DNA from: SAR324 cluster bacterium
Lineage (GTDB): Bacteria; SAR324; XYD2-FULL-50-16
Reading direction: 5' to 3'
Assembly (NCBI GenBank): GCA_028282885.1
Contig: JANQGX010000059.1
Location: forward strand, 64,906-128,905
DNA length: 64,000 bases
A program made the position numbers and the translations under genes. The notes under the pieces are model-generated. The model saw only the letters and a list, made by a program, of their open reading frames with translations, did no database searches and was not told the DNA's origin. Below are positions 9,883 to 19,749 of this stretch, one piece after another (the first letter of the stretch is position 1; each line of letters starts with the position of its first letter).

Positions 9883-11916
9883 TTAGAAAAATTCTATGTT
9901 ATCGCCCAGATCTTCATCGGCAGCTTCGTTGTCCGGCATAGGCTCCGTATCATCGAAGAGCTCGATGGTTCCTGTGTCGTTTTCATCAAGGGATTGGTTC
10001 GTACTGGACGAAGAGGTGTCAAGCGAAGCCCTGTGAATATCACGTTCGGCTTGCATGGTGTACTTGTTTTTTAACTCCTGCAGGGCAGGATCTATCAAAT
10101 CAATTCCCTGTTCTGATTGAGGCAGGTGTTCCTTAAACTGCTGACAGATGTTTTCCAAACCTTTCATGACATGATCCAACCCTTCGTTGATGGCCCTGCT
10201 GAATTGCAGTTTGTCCACCAGGTCTGAGAAGTCCGCCTTCAACCTTCGGGTTGCGGCCGAGCAGTTGGAGGCATTTTCATCTGTTTGCAGAAGCGTGAGG
10301 ATCGAGGTTCCAATCCGGTCAAAGCTTTCATCCACAGTTTGCATGGACTCTCTTAAATTCAACAGTAGATCGCCTGTGATCTTGTTTGAGTCACTGCTTA
10401 TGGAACTTATAATATCCAGCCTGTCCGAGATCTGGTGTTGTACGGATTGAGAAATAGTGTTTATTTCTGTTGACAACACGGCAAGCGGTTTTCCGAGACG
10501 ACCAATCGCTGAGGCTTTTATCATTGAATTGAGAGCCAACAGCCGTAGATTTAATTCATTGGATTCGATTAAGGAGCTGACCCTGGTGATGCCGCTGACA
10601 TGTTTACTGAGAAGGTCCGTCGAGTTCATCAGTTCATAATTGACTTTTTTATAGTCGCCAAGATGGGAATAAAATTCTTTCAGCAGTTCATCGAGTTTGC
10701 CGATATCCTGTTCAAGCGACATCATGGTTGGAATGATTTGGTCGGCTGTGTCCGATTGTTTTTGCATCAGGTTTAGAATCCTGGTAAAGGATTGGGAGAG
10801 ATTACCGGACACTTCTATGTTTTCATTTTTGAGATTCTGCAGTTGGGCCATTTGCAGATTTAAAACTGCTGTTGCCCAGGCTCTCAGTTTTGACAGGTCT
10901 TTTTCAGTTCCGGTTGCAAATCCTGAGAGATCTGATTGGACCTCTGAAAGATTGTGGCTGATGTGTTCCAGTCTCTGTCGGTAATTGTCATGAAACTGGA
11001 GATAGGTTACAATCTCACCGATCGCCGAGGAGATGGAATTGATAAATCCGCCCATCTGCTGACAGGTGTTAATACTACGCTCTACCTTGCCCGAAATTAC
11101 AGACATCTGTTCCTGGATTTTTCCTTGTTCCTGAACAAGCGAAAGCTGGTTACTTCTGTTTTTGTTTTCAATGCGTGAGAGAATTTTTTGAATCAAATCA
11201 ACGGTTTCTGTCGATGCATTTTTGATCTCCCCGGCATTCCCGGTAATCAGTTCCTCCAGTGTTGTCAAATCGTCCGCAACCGTGTTGAATTCCAGACAAC
11301 CAGCGTTCTCGGTTTCAATCCGGATCATTACCCGCACCATACGCAAGGCTCTGTAAGTTCTGTCCAGAGACTCATTTAGCTCTGTGATTGCTCCAATATT
11401 AGCCTCCATTTTACCTAAAGCGACGGACAGATCGGAGAGAGCGTTTTCAGCCTGATCCGCCTTGGAGAATCCGTCATTCAACGCCTTCCGGATTGATTTT
11501 AGATCAGCTGCTTTGCCGGTGTTCAGAGTGGTGATAACTTTATCAGCCAGGGCTGCATTCTGGTTGTTTATAGTGTTGATATGATTTAACCGTTCTCCCA
11601 GGTAAAGAAACTCCTTTTCAGTTGATTTTGACAGATTATCCAGCTTTGATGCCATATCGGCCAACCCGGAGTTCCAGCTATTAATCGGCAACATGGCAGG
11701 CAAAGACCGCTGTGGATCTGATTTCGGAGGAAGTGATTCGAGTTCCGGAAGTTCAGATTTCTGCAGAATGGAGTTTCGCGTGAAAACCTGATTGTTCTTT
11801 TCCGTGAGCCTGTTTCCCAACCGTGATCTTAAGAATCCGAAAAGCTTTGCAAACCAACCGGGATAAGCGGTAGTTATGATGGTTTTATCTTTCAGTACCA
11901 TATTTGTAGTCTGCAT
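9883..11916 (-). CDS. Soluble MCP-like coiled-coil protein with degenerate signalling hairpins and an acidic tail ending DNIEFF
   Basis: Degenerate hairpin LRLLALNSMIKASAIGRLGKPLAVLSTEI, LQFHDNYRQRLEHI and KYTMQAERDIH motifs, no TM segment. Start uncertain. Confidence 0.75.
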   Translation of the reverse strand: MQTTNMVLKDKTIITTAYPGWFAKLFGFLRSRLGNRLTEKNNQVFTRNSILQKSELPELESLPPKSDPQRSLPAMLPINSWNSGLADMASKLDNLSKSTEKEFLYLGERLNHINTINNQNAALADKVITTLNTGKAADLKSIRKALNDGFSKADQAENALSDLSVALGKMEANIGAITELNESLDRTYRALRMVRVMIRIETENAGCLEFNTVADDLTTLEELITGNAGEIKNASTETVDLIQKILSRIENKNRSNQLSLVQEQGKIQEQMSVISGKVERSINTCQQMGGFINSISSAIGEIVTYLQFHDNYRQRLEHISHNLSEVQSDLSGFATGTEKDLSKLRAWATAVLNLQMAQLQNLKNENIEVSGNLSQSFTRILNLMQKQSDTADQIIPTMMSLEQDIGKLDELLKEFYSHLGDYKKVNYELMNSTDLLSKHVSGITRVSSLIESNELNLRLLALNSMIKASAIGRLGKPLAVLSTEINTISQSVQHQISDRLDIISSISSDSNKITGDLLLNLRESMQTVDESFDRIGTSILTLLQTDENASNCSAATRRLKADFSDLVDKLQFSRAINEGLDHVMKGLENICQQFKEHLPQSEQGIDLIDPALQELKNKYTMQAERDIHRASLDTSSSSTNQSLDENDTGTIELFDDTEPMPDNEAADEDLGDNIEFF

Positions 11917-11963
11917 TTTCTGACCCTGAGCCTAAAGGAGTTTTCCTGAACACGTTTGCCGGG

Positions 11964-12356
11964 CTACCTCAGAGCTTGGCAATCGATGGTTTGAAAATTG
12001 ATCATCTTGAACAAAACAGCCCTTAGATTGGTGTAGTCACTTTCAATTGAATCCAAGTATCTCGGGTATAAGAGATGAGCAACTTCAAGAGTCTCCTCTG
12101 AATCATCCGGAAGCAATAAAACCAGCTTTGAGTTTTTCAAGAGATCCTGAATGGACAGCAGATCGAAAAGATCTTTCTTCTTGGCGGCAGCAATAACGCA
12201 AATGGAACGTCCGGCCATAGCGCGTCTCAGCGTAACAGATAGTTCTTTTAATGAGTTACACAATTTACTGCGCTCTGCAGGGATCGATGAAATCACGGTT
12301 TCTTTAAATCGAGGAAGCTTTTCCCGGATTCCGGACAGGTAGAAAATGACATCCAT
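11964..12356 (-). CDS. Hypothetical protein, possibly a degenerate receiver-like fold
   Basis: 130-aa ORF co-oriented with the cluster and first after the sigma54 promoter. Alpha/beta pattern (ICVIAA, LVLLLPDD). Confidence 0.7.
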   Translation of the reverse strand: MDVIFYLSGIREKLPRFKETVISSIPAERSKLCNSLKELSVTLRRAMAGRSICVIAAAKKKDLFDLLSIQDLLKNSKLVLLLPDDSEETLEVAHLLYPRYLDSIESDYTNLRAVLFKMINFQTIDCQALR

Positions 12357-12461
12357 TTTTATTTGTGTTTAATCTGCTGACAGCTAATGAATGCTGTCCC
12401 GGCATTGGTTTCTACTTGCATATCCCTATTCTGTGGTAGACATTGACGGAAATGTTCATTC

Positions 12462-12477
12462 TTCAACTTATATGCCA
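12462..12477 (-). promoter_or_regulatory. Putative sigma54 -24/-12 promoter
   Basis: Minus strand reads TGGCAT-ATAAG-TTGAA, about 105 bp upstream of the start at 12356. Confidence 0.65.
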
Positions 12478-12570
12478 GCCCCGAGAAGTGACGAAAAAAC
12501 CAATAATAACAATTTAAAACGAAACTTTTCGGATCAGACACAAAAACAAAAGGGGTGGTATATGGAGGAA

Positions 12571-12610
12571 GTGTCTAAAAAAAGGAGACACAGTCCAATA
12601 AAAATAGACA
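12571..12610. promoter_or_regulatory. Tandem enhancer-like sites (GTGTCT-N9-AGACAC and AGTCC-N9-AGACA, 20 bp apart)
   Basis: gtgtct aaaaaaagg agacac agtcc aataaaaat agaca, about 95-130 bp upstream of the -24 element. Confidence 0.65.
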
Positions 12611-12643
12611 ATCGGAAGTTGTCTGCCAGGAGGTTTTTAAACG

Positions 12644-14083
12644 CTATCTGATTGCGATGCTTAAGTGGTGCTTCTTCAGGAGCTGATAAAGTCGGGCCCT
12701 TGAGATCCCGGAAATTCGGCAGGCTTCCCGAACGTTATTCCCGGATAAGGTTATCAGCTCTTTCAGATAGTTTATCTCGGCATTGTCAATGACTTTGGTT
12801 TTAAACTCTTTCAGGTTGGGAAAGGGCTGCTGTCGGTCGATTCTTGCAGGATGAGATATCGTTGAATCAGCCGCTTTCTTGCGCGAGATTTCGGTGCTTT
12901 GCAGTCGGATATGAAGTGGCAGATGTTTCACAAACAGTGTTTTTTCACCCTGAATCTGTCCGAGGGTTGTTTCAAGGGTGTTGATCAGCTCCCGTACGTT
13001 ACCTGGCCAGTGATAGCTTTTCAGGGCTTCCAGAAACTCCGGGGTTATCCTTTTGGGTTCGGTTTGCAATCGTTCACAGATTTTTGAGATATAGTAGGTT
13101 GTCAGCTCATTAATATCTTCCAAACGTTTTCTGAGAGGGGGGAGATGAATTTGGTGAGTTTGCAGTCGAAAGAGCAGATCTTCTCTGAATGCCCCGTTTT
13201 TGACCTCTTCAGCAAGGTTGCGGTTAGTGGCGGAAATCAACCGGAAGTCGCTGCTCACTTCCCGACTTCCCCCGACAGGACGGAATTTTCTCTCCTGCAG
13301 AGCCCTCAGAAAAGTCTTTTGAATATTCAATGGCAGCTCTCCAATCTCATCCAGAAAGAGCGTACCGCCATCAGCCTGTTTCATCAGACCGGTATGATTT
13401 TCGGTGGCACCTGTGAAAGCTCCTTTGATATGACCGAACAGGACGCTCCCCACCAGGTTTTCCGGTAGCGAGGCACAGTCAACCACTACCATGTTTTTAT
13501 CCGATCGCTCGCTGTTCTTGTGTATCGCCAGGGCGAAAACTTCCTTGCCTGTACCGGTTTCACCGGAGATTAGAACATTGGTATTGCTGTTGGCTGCTTT
13601 GGCGACCTGCTTCAGCGCCTGTCTTATCTCGCGTCCCTCCCCTATTACACCTTCCCTGTCCAGAATCAGCAGGGGATTAAGTTCTTTCTTTTCCTTTTGA
13701 TATTGCAGAACTCTTGTCAGGGTAAGAGACAGTTTTGATATGGCGGGGGGTTTTTCAATATAGTCCCAAGCCCCGTTTTTCAGGGCAAGTTCTGCACCTG
13801 TTTCATCCCCATCGCCTGTTACGATGATAACCTCAGGCTGGTAGGACAGTTTACATATTTCCGGAAGAGCGGACAAACCGTCTCCGTCGGGAAGCATTAC
13901 ATCCAGCAAAACAATGTCATAGACATTTTCCTGCAGGTTTTTCATTCCGGCACCAAGGGACAGCTCAAATCTGGCATAATAGCCCATTTTCAGGAGATGT
14001 CTGAGCATGACATCGCAAAACATTTCGTCGTCATCGACAACCAGTATTCTGGATTGTGGTGTTGATTTAGCCTTCATATGCAA
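12644..14083 (-). CDS. NtrC-family sigma54-dependent response regulator (REC-AAA+-HTH)
   Basis: GETGTGKE, GAFTGA, LFLDEIG and WPGNVREL motifs; C-terminal HTH. Confidence 0.95.
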   Translation of the reverse strand: MHMKAKSTPQSRILVVDDDEMFCDVMLRHLLKMGYYARFELSLGAGMKNLQENVYDIVLLDVMLPDGDGLSALPEICKLSYQPEVIIVTGDGDETGAELALKNGAWDYIEKPPAISKLSLTLTRVLQYQKEKKELNPLLILDREGVIGEGREIRQALKQVAKAANSNTNVLISGETGTGKEVFALAIHKNSERSDKNMVVVDCASLPENLVGSVLFGHIKGAFTGATENHTGLMKQADGGTLFLDEIGELPLNIQKTFLRALQERKFRPVGGSREVSSDFRLISATNRNLAEEVKNGAFREDLLFRLQTHQIHLPPLRKRLEDINELTTYYISKICERLQTEPKRITPEFLEALKSYHWPGNVRELINTLETTLGQIQGEKTLFVKHLPLHIRLQSTEISRKKAADSTISHPARIDRQQPFPNLKEFKTKVIDNAEINYLKELITLSGNNVREACRISGISRARLYQLLKKHHLSIAIR

Positions 14084-14108
14084 TAATGGTTTAAAAGAAT
14101 GCTGATGA

Positions 14109-15683
14109 TCAGGGAGTATTGGTTTGACCCGGTGTCTTCAATTCCGACTGAGTATCGATGGTCAGGATTTGCCTGATTTTTTCATCCAGTTGATCCACCA
14201 TGAACGGTTTCATGACGATGTCTCTGATTCCGATCTTCTCCGCTTGCTCTTCTGCCAGTAGTTCATCATAGCCCGTACAAATGATGACGGGAATATCGGG
14301 TCGGATTTCCAGTATTTTCCTGGCCAGCACATCACCGGTATAACCGTTCATGTTCATGTCGCTAATCACAATATCAAACTGTGTCGGATCCTGCTTGAAA
14401 CAGGCGAAAGCGCCAACACTATCGGCTTTGGCCGTAACCTGATATCCCATCGTCTCCATTGAGCGAATCATGAACTCAATGATCTGTTCATCGTCATCTA
14501 CAAAGAGAATTCTTGCTCCCGGCCCCGCATTCCGGTTCGTAACCGTGGGGGCAGGTGGCTCCTGCTTTCTCTCGAAAAGAGGAAGGATCACGGTGAAACA
14601 GGCTCCTTCTCCCTGTTTGCTTTCCACATCAACAGCTCCTTTCAAATCTTCAACAATGCCATAAACGACCGGCAGACCCAGTCCGGTTCCCTTTTTCATG
14701 GATTTGGTTGTAAAATAGGGCTCAAATATCCTCTCTCTGATTTCAGGGGGCATACCGATACCGTCATCTCTGACAATGATCTTCAGGAACTTGGATGAGG
14801 GGCCCTGCGGCATGTTCAAAGGATCGATATCGTTCTGATCGGTGTTTTCAAGCAAGATCTCCAGTTTTCCTCCCTTTTCCTGCATGGCCTCTGCCGCATT
14901 GGTGCAGAGATTCATCAGTATCTGGTGAACGTTCACGGGATCCGCCATCAGGATATCGGACTGATTTTTCAGCGAGAGGCGGATTTCAATATTGGCCGGT
15001 AAGGTTTTTTTCAGCAGCTTGGTAATCTCTTTGACAATGGGATTAACGCTGATTTGCGCCAGTTCCGGCTTTCGGCGGCGACTGAAAGTCAAGATCTGCT
15101 TGACAAGAAAGCTGGCCCTTTTGGCAGCCTTGATAATCTGCCGGACACTGTAAGCTCCTGGCGCATCATCCTTTAATTCATGCCGAACGGCAAATTCCGC
15201 GTTTCCCAGAATAGAGGAAAGTATATTGTTAAAATCATGAGCGATTCCTCCGGCCAAAGTGGCAACAGCTTCGGTTTTCTGGGCATGGCGGAGTTGTGAT
15301 TCCAGTTCTTTTTCCCTTGAGATATCCTTGATATGAGAGATAAAGAACTGGGGTGTGTTTTCTGAATTCCGATTAAGAAAGACCCCCACGGAAGTCCAGA
15401 AGTGATCACCATTTTTCCGCAGAAACCGCTTGCTGAAGCTGATATTTTCAAGATTCCCTTCGAGAAGCCGATTCAGATTGTTTTGAGTTGTTTCCAGGTC
15501 ATCCGGATGTGTCAGGTTGAAGCAGGTCTTCATTTGAAGTTCCTTTTCACTGAACTCCAGAATTTTACACATGTAGGGATTAGCGGAAATTATCTTGCCG
15601 CTAAGGTCCATCATGTAGATGCCTATGGATAGATTGTTAAAGACTGAGCGATAGAAATCGTTGCTGTCTGTAAAGGAGTTCAT
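14109..15683 (-). CDS. Cytoplasmic hybrid histidine kinase (PAS-HisKA-HATPase-REC)
   Basis: PAS (THPDD), GGIAHDFNN, FEPYFTTK, GTGLGL and a C-terminal REC domain. Confidence 0.95.
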   Translation of the reverse strand: MNSFTDSNDFYRSVFNNLSIGIYMMDLSGKIISANPYMCKILEFSEKELQMKTCFNLTHPDDLETTQNNLNRLLEGNLENISFSKRFLRKNGDHFWTSVGVFLNRNSENTPQFFISHIKDISREKELESQLRHAQKTEAVATLAGGIAHDFNNILSSILGNAEFAVRHELKDDAPGAYSVRQIIKAAKRASFLVKQILTFSRRRKPELAQISVNPIVKEITKLLKKTLPANIEIRLSLKNQSDILMADPVNVHQILMNLCTNAAEAMQEKGGKLEILLENTDQNDIDPLNMPQGPSSKFLKIIVRDDGIGMPPEIRERIFEPYFTTKSMKKGTGLGLPVVYGIVEDLKGAVDVESKQGEGACFTVILPLFERKQEPPAPTVTNRNAGPGARILFVDDDEQIIEFMIRSMETMGYQVTAKADSVGAFACFKQDPTQFDIVISDMNMNGYTGDVLARKILEIRPDIPVIICTGYDELLAEEQAEKIGIRDIVMKPFMVDQLDEKIRQILTIDTQSELKTPGQTNTP

Positions 15684-15998
15684 ACGAAATTCCTGAAAAA
15701 GGTCCAGGTTGGAAATATTTTAAAAACCAAATGGATAGTTTAGTAGACGATACTTCCGACACTATCCGCGATCATCTAATCGCGGATTTTATCGCATCTT
15801 AACACAGTTTTTAGTCAAAAACCAGTATCTGTTATCATGATAGTACGGATTATGGTCATCGAACCGATGTCATCCTTACATTTACAGATTCAAACATTTT
15901 GAAGAAAGTTCTATTGAGGTGTTGTCAGGCAGCTTACGGGAGTTGTGAATTTCTGGAGGTGATTCCAAATCTCCCCGGGTTTGGGTGTGATTCCGTAT

Positions 15999-17483
15999 CT
16001 ACTCGTTCACGAAGGCAGGTTCTTTAATTTGAAACCTTATCTTGAAGTGCGTCCCTTTGGATCTGATCAATTCCAGGCTTCCGTTCAGTTGGGTTTCGAC
16101 CAAGGCCTCAACCAGGTTCAGGCCTAATGTATCCGAGGTATTCAGGTCCACATGCGGAGCAATTCCGACACCATTGTCGGATACGGCACCAACCAGGTGC
16201 TGTCCGGATCTCTTCAAGCTCACGGAAACCGTACCGTTTTTTTCCCCGGGAAAGGCATATTTTAAAGCATTTGAAACCAGTTCATTGATTACCAGCCCTA
16301 ATGGCATTGCCTGTTCAATAGCCAGTACCAGGGATTCTGTATCGATGGAAAAGGTGACTCTCGGTGAAACGGTCGCGTATGTCTGAAGCAAAGGAGTGAC
16401 AATTCGGGAGACATATGTTTTCAGGTTTATCCCCGTAAGGCTTTCTGATTGATAAAGTGTTTCGTGGATGGCTGATAAAGCGTGGATCCTGAGCTGGCTT
16501 TCTTTCAGGGTTTCCCTGATAGCCAAGTTTTCTGTCCTGTTGGCCTGGAGGTTGATCAGACTTGAAATCACCTGCATATTGTTTTTTACGCGGTGATGAA
16601 TTTCCTTAAGGAGAATCTCCTTTTCGTGAAGAGAGTTTTTGATCTGCTCCTCCTTTTTTTTAGATTCGGAAATGTCTCTGGAGATTTTAATGATACCGGT
16701 CAGTTTTTCCTTACGATCCGTTAGGGGAATTCCTACACTTTCCCAATAGCTTTTCCCGACTCCCCTGAATTCAGATTGGTAGACCACCGCAGTTTCTTTT
16801 TTTTGGGTTTCCAGGGCTTTCAAACAGGGACATTCTTCGCAGGCTGAGTCCCTTAAGGTGAAAGCTTCGTAACAGTATTGCCCGACAGCCTTGTGGTTCA
16901 GGTTCAGGGCTGTTTGATTTGCCCAGAGGATTTTAAGATCCGGATCGAGATGAAGAATATGATCCGGGTTGTTGTCTAAGATATTTTTTAATTGTTCCTG
17001 ACTCTCCCGTAGTGCACTGGTCTTATCCCATAAAATCTGCATAAGGTCCTCTTTTTCCTGACGCAACTCGTCCCCAGCGTTTTTTATACGAAGCAATGCC
17101 CTAAGCTGGGCACCGAGTTCAGAAGCGTTCAACGGCTTAACCATCACAACATCCGCCCCCGAGTTCAAACCTCTGATTTTGTGTTCTATAGCGGTTGTTG
17201 ATGGCAATAGTATGACAAGGGGAGTATTGGCGGTGTATTCCATCGCCCTCAGTTTTTTACAGGCTTCAAAACTGTTTTTACCATTTCGCTTGACATCCAG
17301 CAGAATAGCATGTGGGGGTAGCGTTTCAATCTTTAACTTATCTTCATCCGGAGCTTCCACATAGTTTATCTCGCATTCAGGGAAGGCTTCACTCACCATG
17401 GCGGATAGGTCAATCGGATTTTTCTTTCGATCGCCTATTACTAAAATTCTTGTTTTTTTTGATTCTTTTTGATTGTTCACCAT
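15999..17483 (-). CDS. REC-PAS-HisKA_2 histidine kinase
   Basis: EIHHRVKNNMQVISSL H-box, NELVSNALKYAF, DNGVG; N-terminal receiver and a Cys-rich PAS. Confidence 0.92.
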   Translation of the reverse strand: MVNNQKESKKTRILVIGDRKKNPIDLSAMVSEAFPECEINYVEAPDEDKLKIETLPPHAILLDVKRNGKNSFEACKKLRAMEYTANTPLVILLPSTTAIEHKIRGLNSGADVVMVKPLNASELGAQLRALLRIKNAGDELRQEKEDLMQILWDKTSALRESQEQLKNILDNNPDHILHLDPDLKILWANQTALNLNHKAVGQYCYEAFTLRDSACEECPCLKALETQKKETAVVYQSEFRGVGKSYWESVGIPLTDRKEKLTGIIKISRDISESKKKEEQIKNSLHEKEILLKEIHHRVKNNMQVISSLINLQANRTENLAIRETLKESQLRIHALSAIHETLYQSESLTGINLKTYVSRIVTPLLQTYATVSPRVTFSIDTESLVLAIEQAMPLGLVINELVSNALKYAFPGEKNGTVSVSLKRSGQHLVGAVSDNGVGIAPHVDLNTSDTLGLNLVEALVETQLNGSLELIRSKGTHFKIRFQIKEPAFVNE

Positions 17484-17849
17484 GATGTGATTTTATCCTT
17501 TTAGCTACGGTGGAATCGATATCCGAAGCGAATACGCGGTCGAAATATTATGAAATTCCACGATTCTCACCCATATCATGTTCTAAGAAGTTGTAATTCA
17601 TCTCTCCATCGAATTGATCGTCTGCAACAAACGTACAAGATTGTCTGAAATCAAACAGAAAAAACTCTATCAATTTGATATCATTATCTTAACCTCGATT
17701 TTGATTCTCAACCGTTTATTTGATCCACAATTCGTGATATTTTTTTATGCTCAGTTACAGCTTCCGCTCCTTTGGGAGTTGACCAACAGGGATTGCAAGC
17801 GGATATTGAGCGACACTGTTAATGTGTGTTTTAGAGAAAGGATTATAAC

Positions 17850-18509
17850 ATGGGAGAAGATCTTTTACAGGACACTTATAATGGGGAAAGTCTTAGACTT
17901 TATTGTGACAAGCTTGCGAAAAGGGATAAAAGGATAAAAGGAATTCTTGGTGAGATTGGGTATCCACCATTCTGGCATCGCGATCCCGGTTTTAAAAGTC
18001 TTGTAATGATTATCCTCGAGCAGCAGGTTTCATTGGCATCGGCATTCTCGACCTATCAAAAACTGGAGACTCTCCTCAAAGAGATATCCCCGGGAAGAGT
18101 ATTGGGAATGAGTGATGCTCAGTTCAAGAGTTGTGGGTTCAGTCGTCAAAAGATGTCTTATGTCAGGGGATTGGCGGAGGAACTTGAAGCGGGCAGGTTG
18201 GATCTGGATACACTCAATAATCTTGATATCACTTCCCTCCGCAAGGAACTGCTTAACATAAAGGGAATCGGTAACTGGACAGTCGATGTTTACCTTTTAA
18301 GTTGTCTACACAAGCTGGACGTTTTCCCCATTGGAGATCTCGCTTTGATAAAATCCATGATTCAGGCAGGATTCATCAAGGATTCAGATTCGAAAGAAAG
18401 TATACAGCGCCGTGTGATGCGCTACAAACCCTATCGTTCCATTTTTACCATCATTCTCTGGTTCCGCTATATCAAGGTTAACAATATTAAGATTCAGTTT
18501 GATTTGTGA
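17850..18509 (+). CDS. DNA-3-methyladenine glycosylase II (AlkA-like, HhH-GPD)
   Basis: ILEQQVSLASA, IKGIGNWTVD (HhH) and DVFPIGD motifs. Confidence 0.9.
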   Translation: MGEDLLQDTYNGESLRLYCDKLAKRDKRIKGILGEIGYPPFWHRDPGFKSLVMIILEQQVSLASAFSTYQKLETLLKEISPGRVLGMSDAQFKSCGFSRQKMSYVRGLAEELEAGRLDLDTLNNLDITSLRKELLNIKGIGNWTVDVYLLSCLHKLDVFPIGDLALIKSMIQAGFIKDSDSKESIQRRVMRYKPYRSIFTIILWFRYIKVNNIKIQFDL

Positions 18510-18561
18510 GAGAGTTCGAGATGGTTTTTCAGAAAAACACAATCGGCAGGGAATGACATAA

Positions 18562-18858
18562 ACCTATAAACTTGAAATTGAGCCGTTTCACAGGAATGGC
18601 GGCACTTTCTGGCTGGAAATCATGGCCAAGCTTGCCGAAGAGGATGGCATATTAAAGATTATTGGTGTGGTCCGCAATATTAACAAAATGAAAGTTTCGG
18701 AATTGGAACGTGAAAAACTGATTACCAAACTACGGAAAGCTTTGATGGAAAAAGAGAAGCTTCTGAAGGTGAATAACGGGGTACCCGGAATTAAAGATTG
18801 GAATATATCGGAAAAGGTGTTGCTCAATCGGAATAGAAGGTCATGGTTGGCGCGCTGA
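18562..18858 (+). pseudogene. Remnant of a PAS/PAC signalling gene
   Basis: Reads KLEIEPFHRNGGTFWLEIMAK..IIGVVRNINKMKVSELEREKLITKLRKAL (PAC motif plus coiled coil), preceded by an in-frame TAA. No output domain follows. Confidence 0.5.
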
Positions 18859-19495
18859 GGCGAATGCCTGAGTTGTATGTGACCGTATCCTTGACGTTTA
18901 CCACAAAGACAAGAGCGGAGCCGTTTTGAACATCGATTTCGCTGGTAAGAATAAAATCTCCTGTTGTGCCCGTTTCAGCCTTTCCAAAGAGGTAGACAGC
19001 TTTTGTCGCTTCGGAAGAGTTGCTGTTACCACTGACTTCAACAGCCGCTTCACCCTTCACATCTCTATATGCCCCCACCAGATTGATGGTCGAGCCTATA
19101 GTGACCCTGCAGTATTTGTAAAGACCGGGAGCAACATCGTTTTCGGAATTAAAATCCCTGATTTCAGTTGAGGCAAGATTCTGGGTTACACCATCATCGT
19201 TTTCCCAAAGAGTGAATTTATCCTCTTCGCTATTACCGATTTCAACCTTGTAGAAGACGACGTTATATTCGGAGACAAGAATATCAATGATTTCAACGTC
19301 AGCGGACTGACTGCCCAGACGTGAAGTACCGGTGTCGGAGTCGGTGTAGTAGGTCGCCCTGGTTTTGAAGTTCACAGATGCCTGATCCGAATCGGTGGTG
19401 ACTTCCGAATCAGATTCTTTACAACCCGGCAATGAGAGAATCAAGACGATGAATAGGCATGTCGCTGCCAAAATGAAAAATGAAACCTTCTTCAT
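18824..19495 (-). CDS. Hypothetical lipoprotein (beta-rich, possibly DUF4382-like)
   Basis: Signal peptide with lipobox LPGC; beta-strand pattern APGLYKYCRVTI. Confidence 0.75.
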   Translation of the reverse strand: MKKVSFFILAATCLFIVLILSLPGCKESDSEVTTDSDQASVNFKTRATYYTDSDTGTSRLGSQSADVEIIDILVSEYNVVFYKVEIGNSEEDKFTLWENDDGVTQNLASTEIRDFNSENDVAPGLYKYCRVTIGSTINLVGAYRDVKGEAAVEVSGNSNSSEATKAVYLFGKAETGTTGDFILTSEIDVQNGSALVFVVNVKDTVTYNSGIRLSAPTMTFYSD

Positions 19496-19749
19496 TGATA
19501 TTCTATGCGATTAAGTTAATTTCTTCTAATATCCCACAATTCTTGTCCCCACTTTTTCACAGGTAAATCAGTTTGGCAAGTGATTCGAAAAGGGTCTAAA
19601 AACCGACGCCATCGATGTTTGAACAATAAAGTGGGTAACTTTGACTTCCAATAACGCAAACTGATGGGTTATGATGCAAACCAATGATATTGAACTCCAA
19701 TTTCTGTCAGCTTGACCTTTGACCAGGCAAGCTAATTGCTGCTTGAAAC

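Noticed and set aside
15764..15790. Hairpin atccgcgat-N6-atcgcggat-ttt
   Set aside because: The T-tail is on the plus strand where no gene ends; function cannot be assigned.
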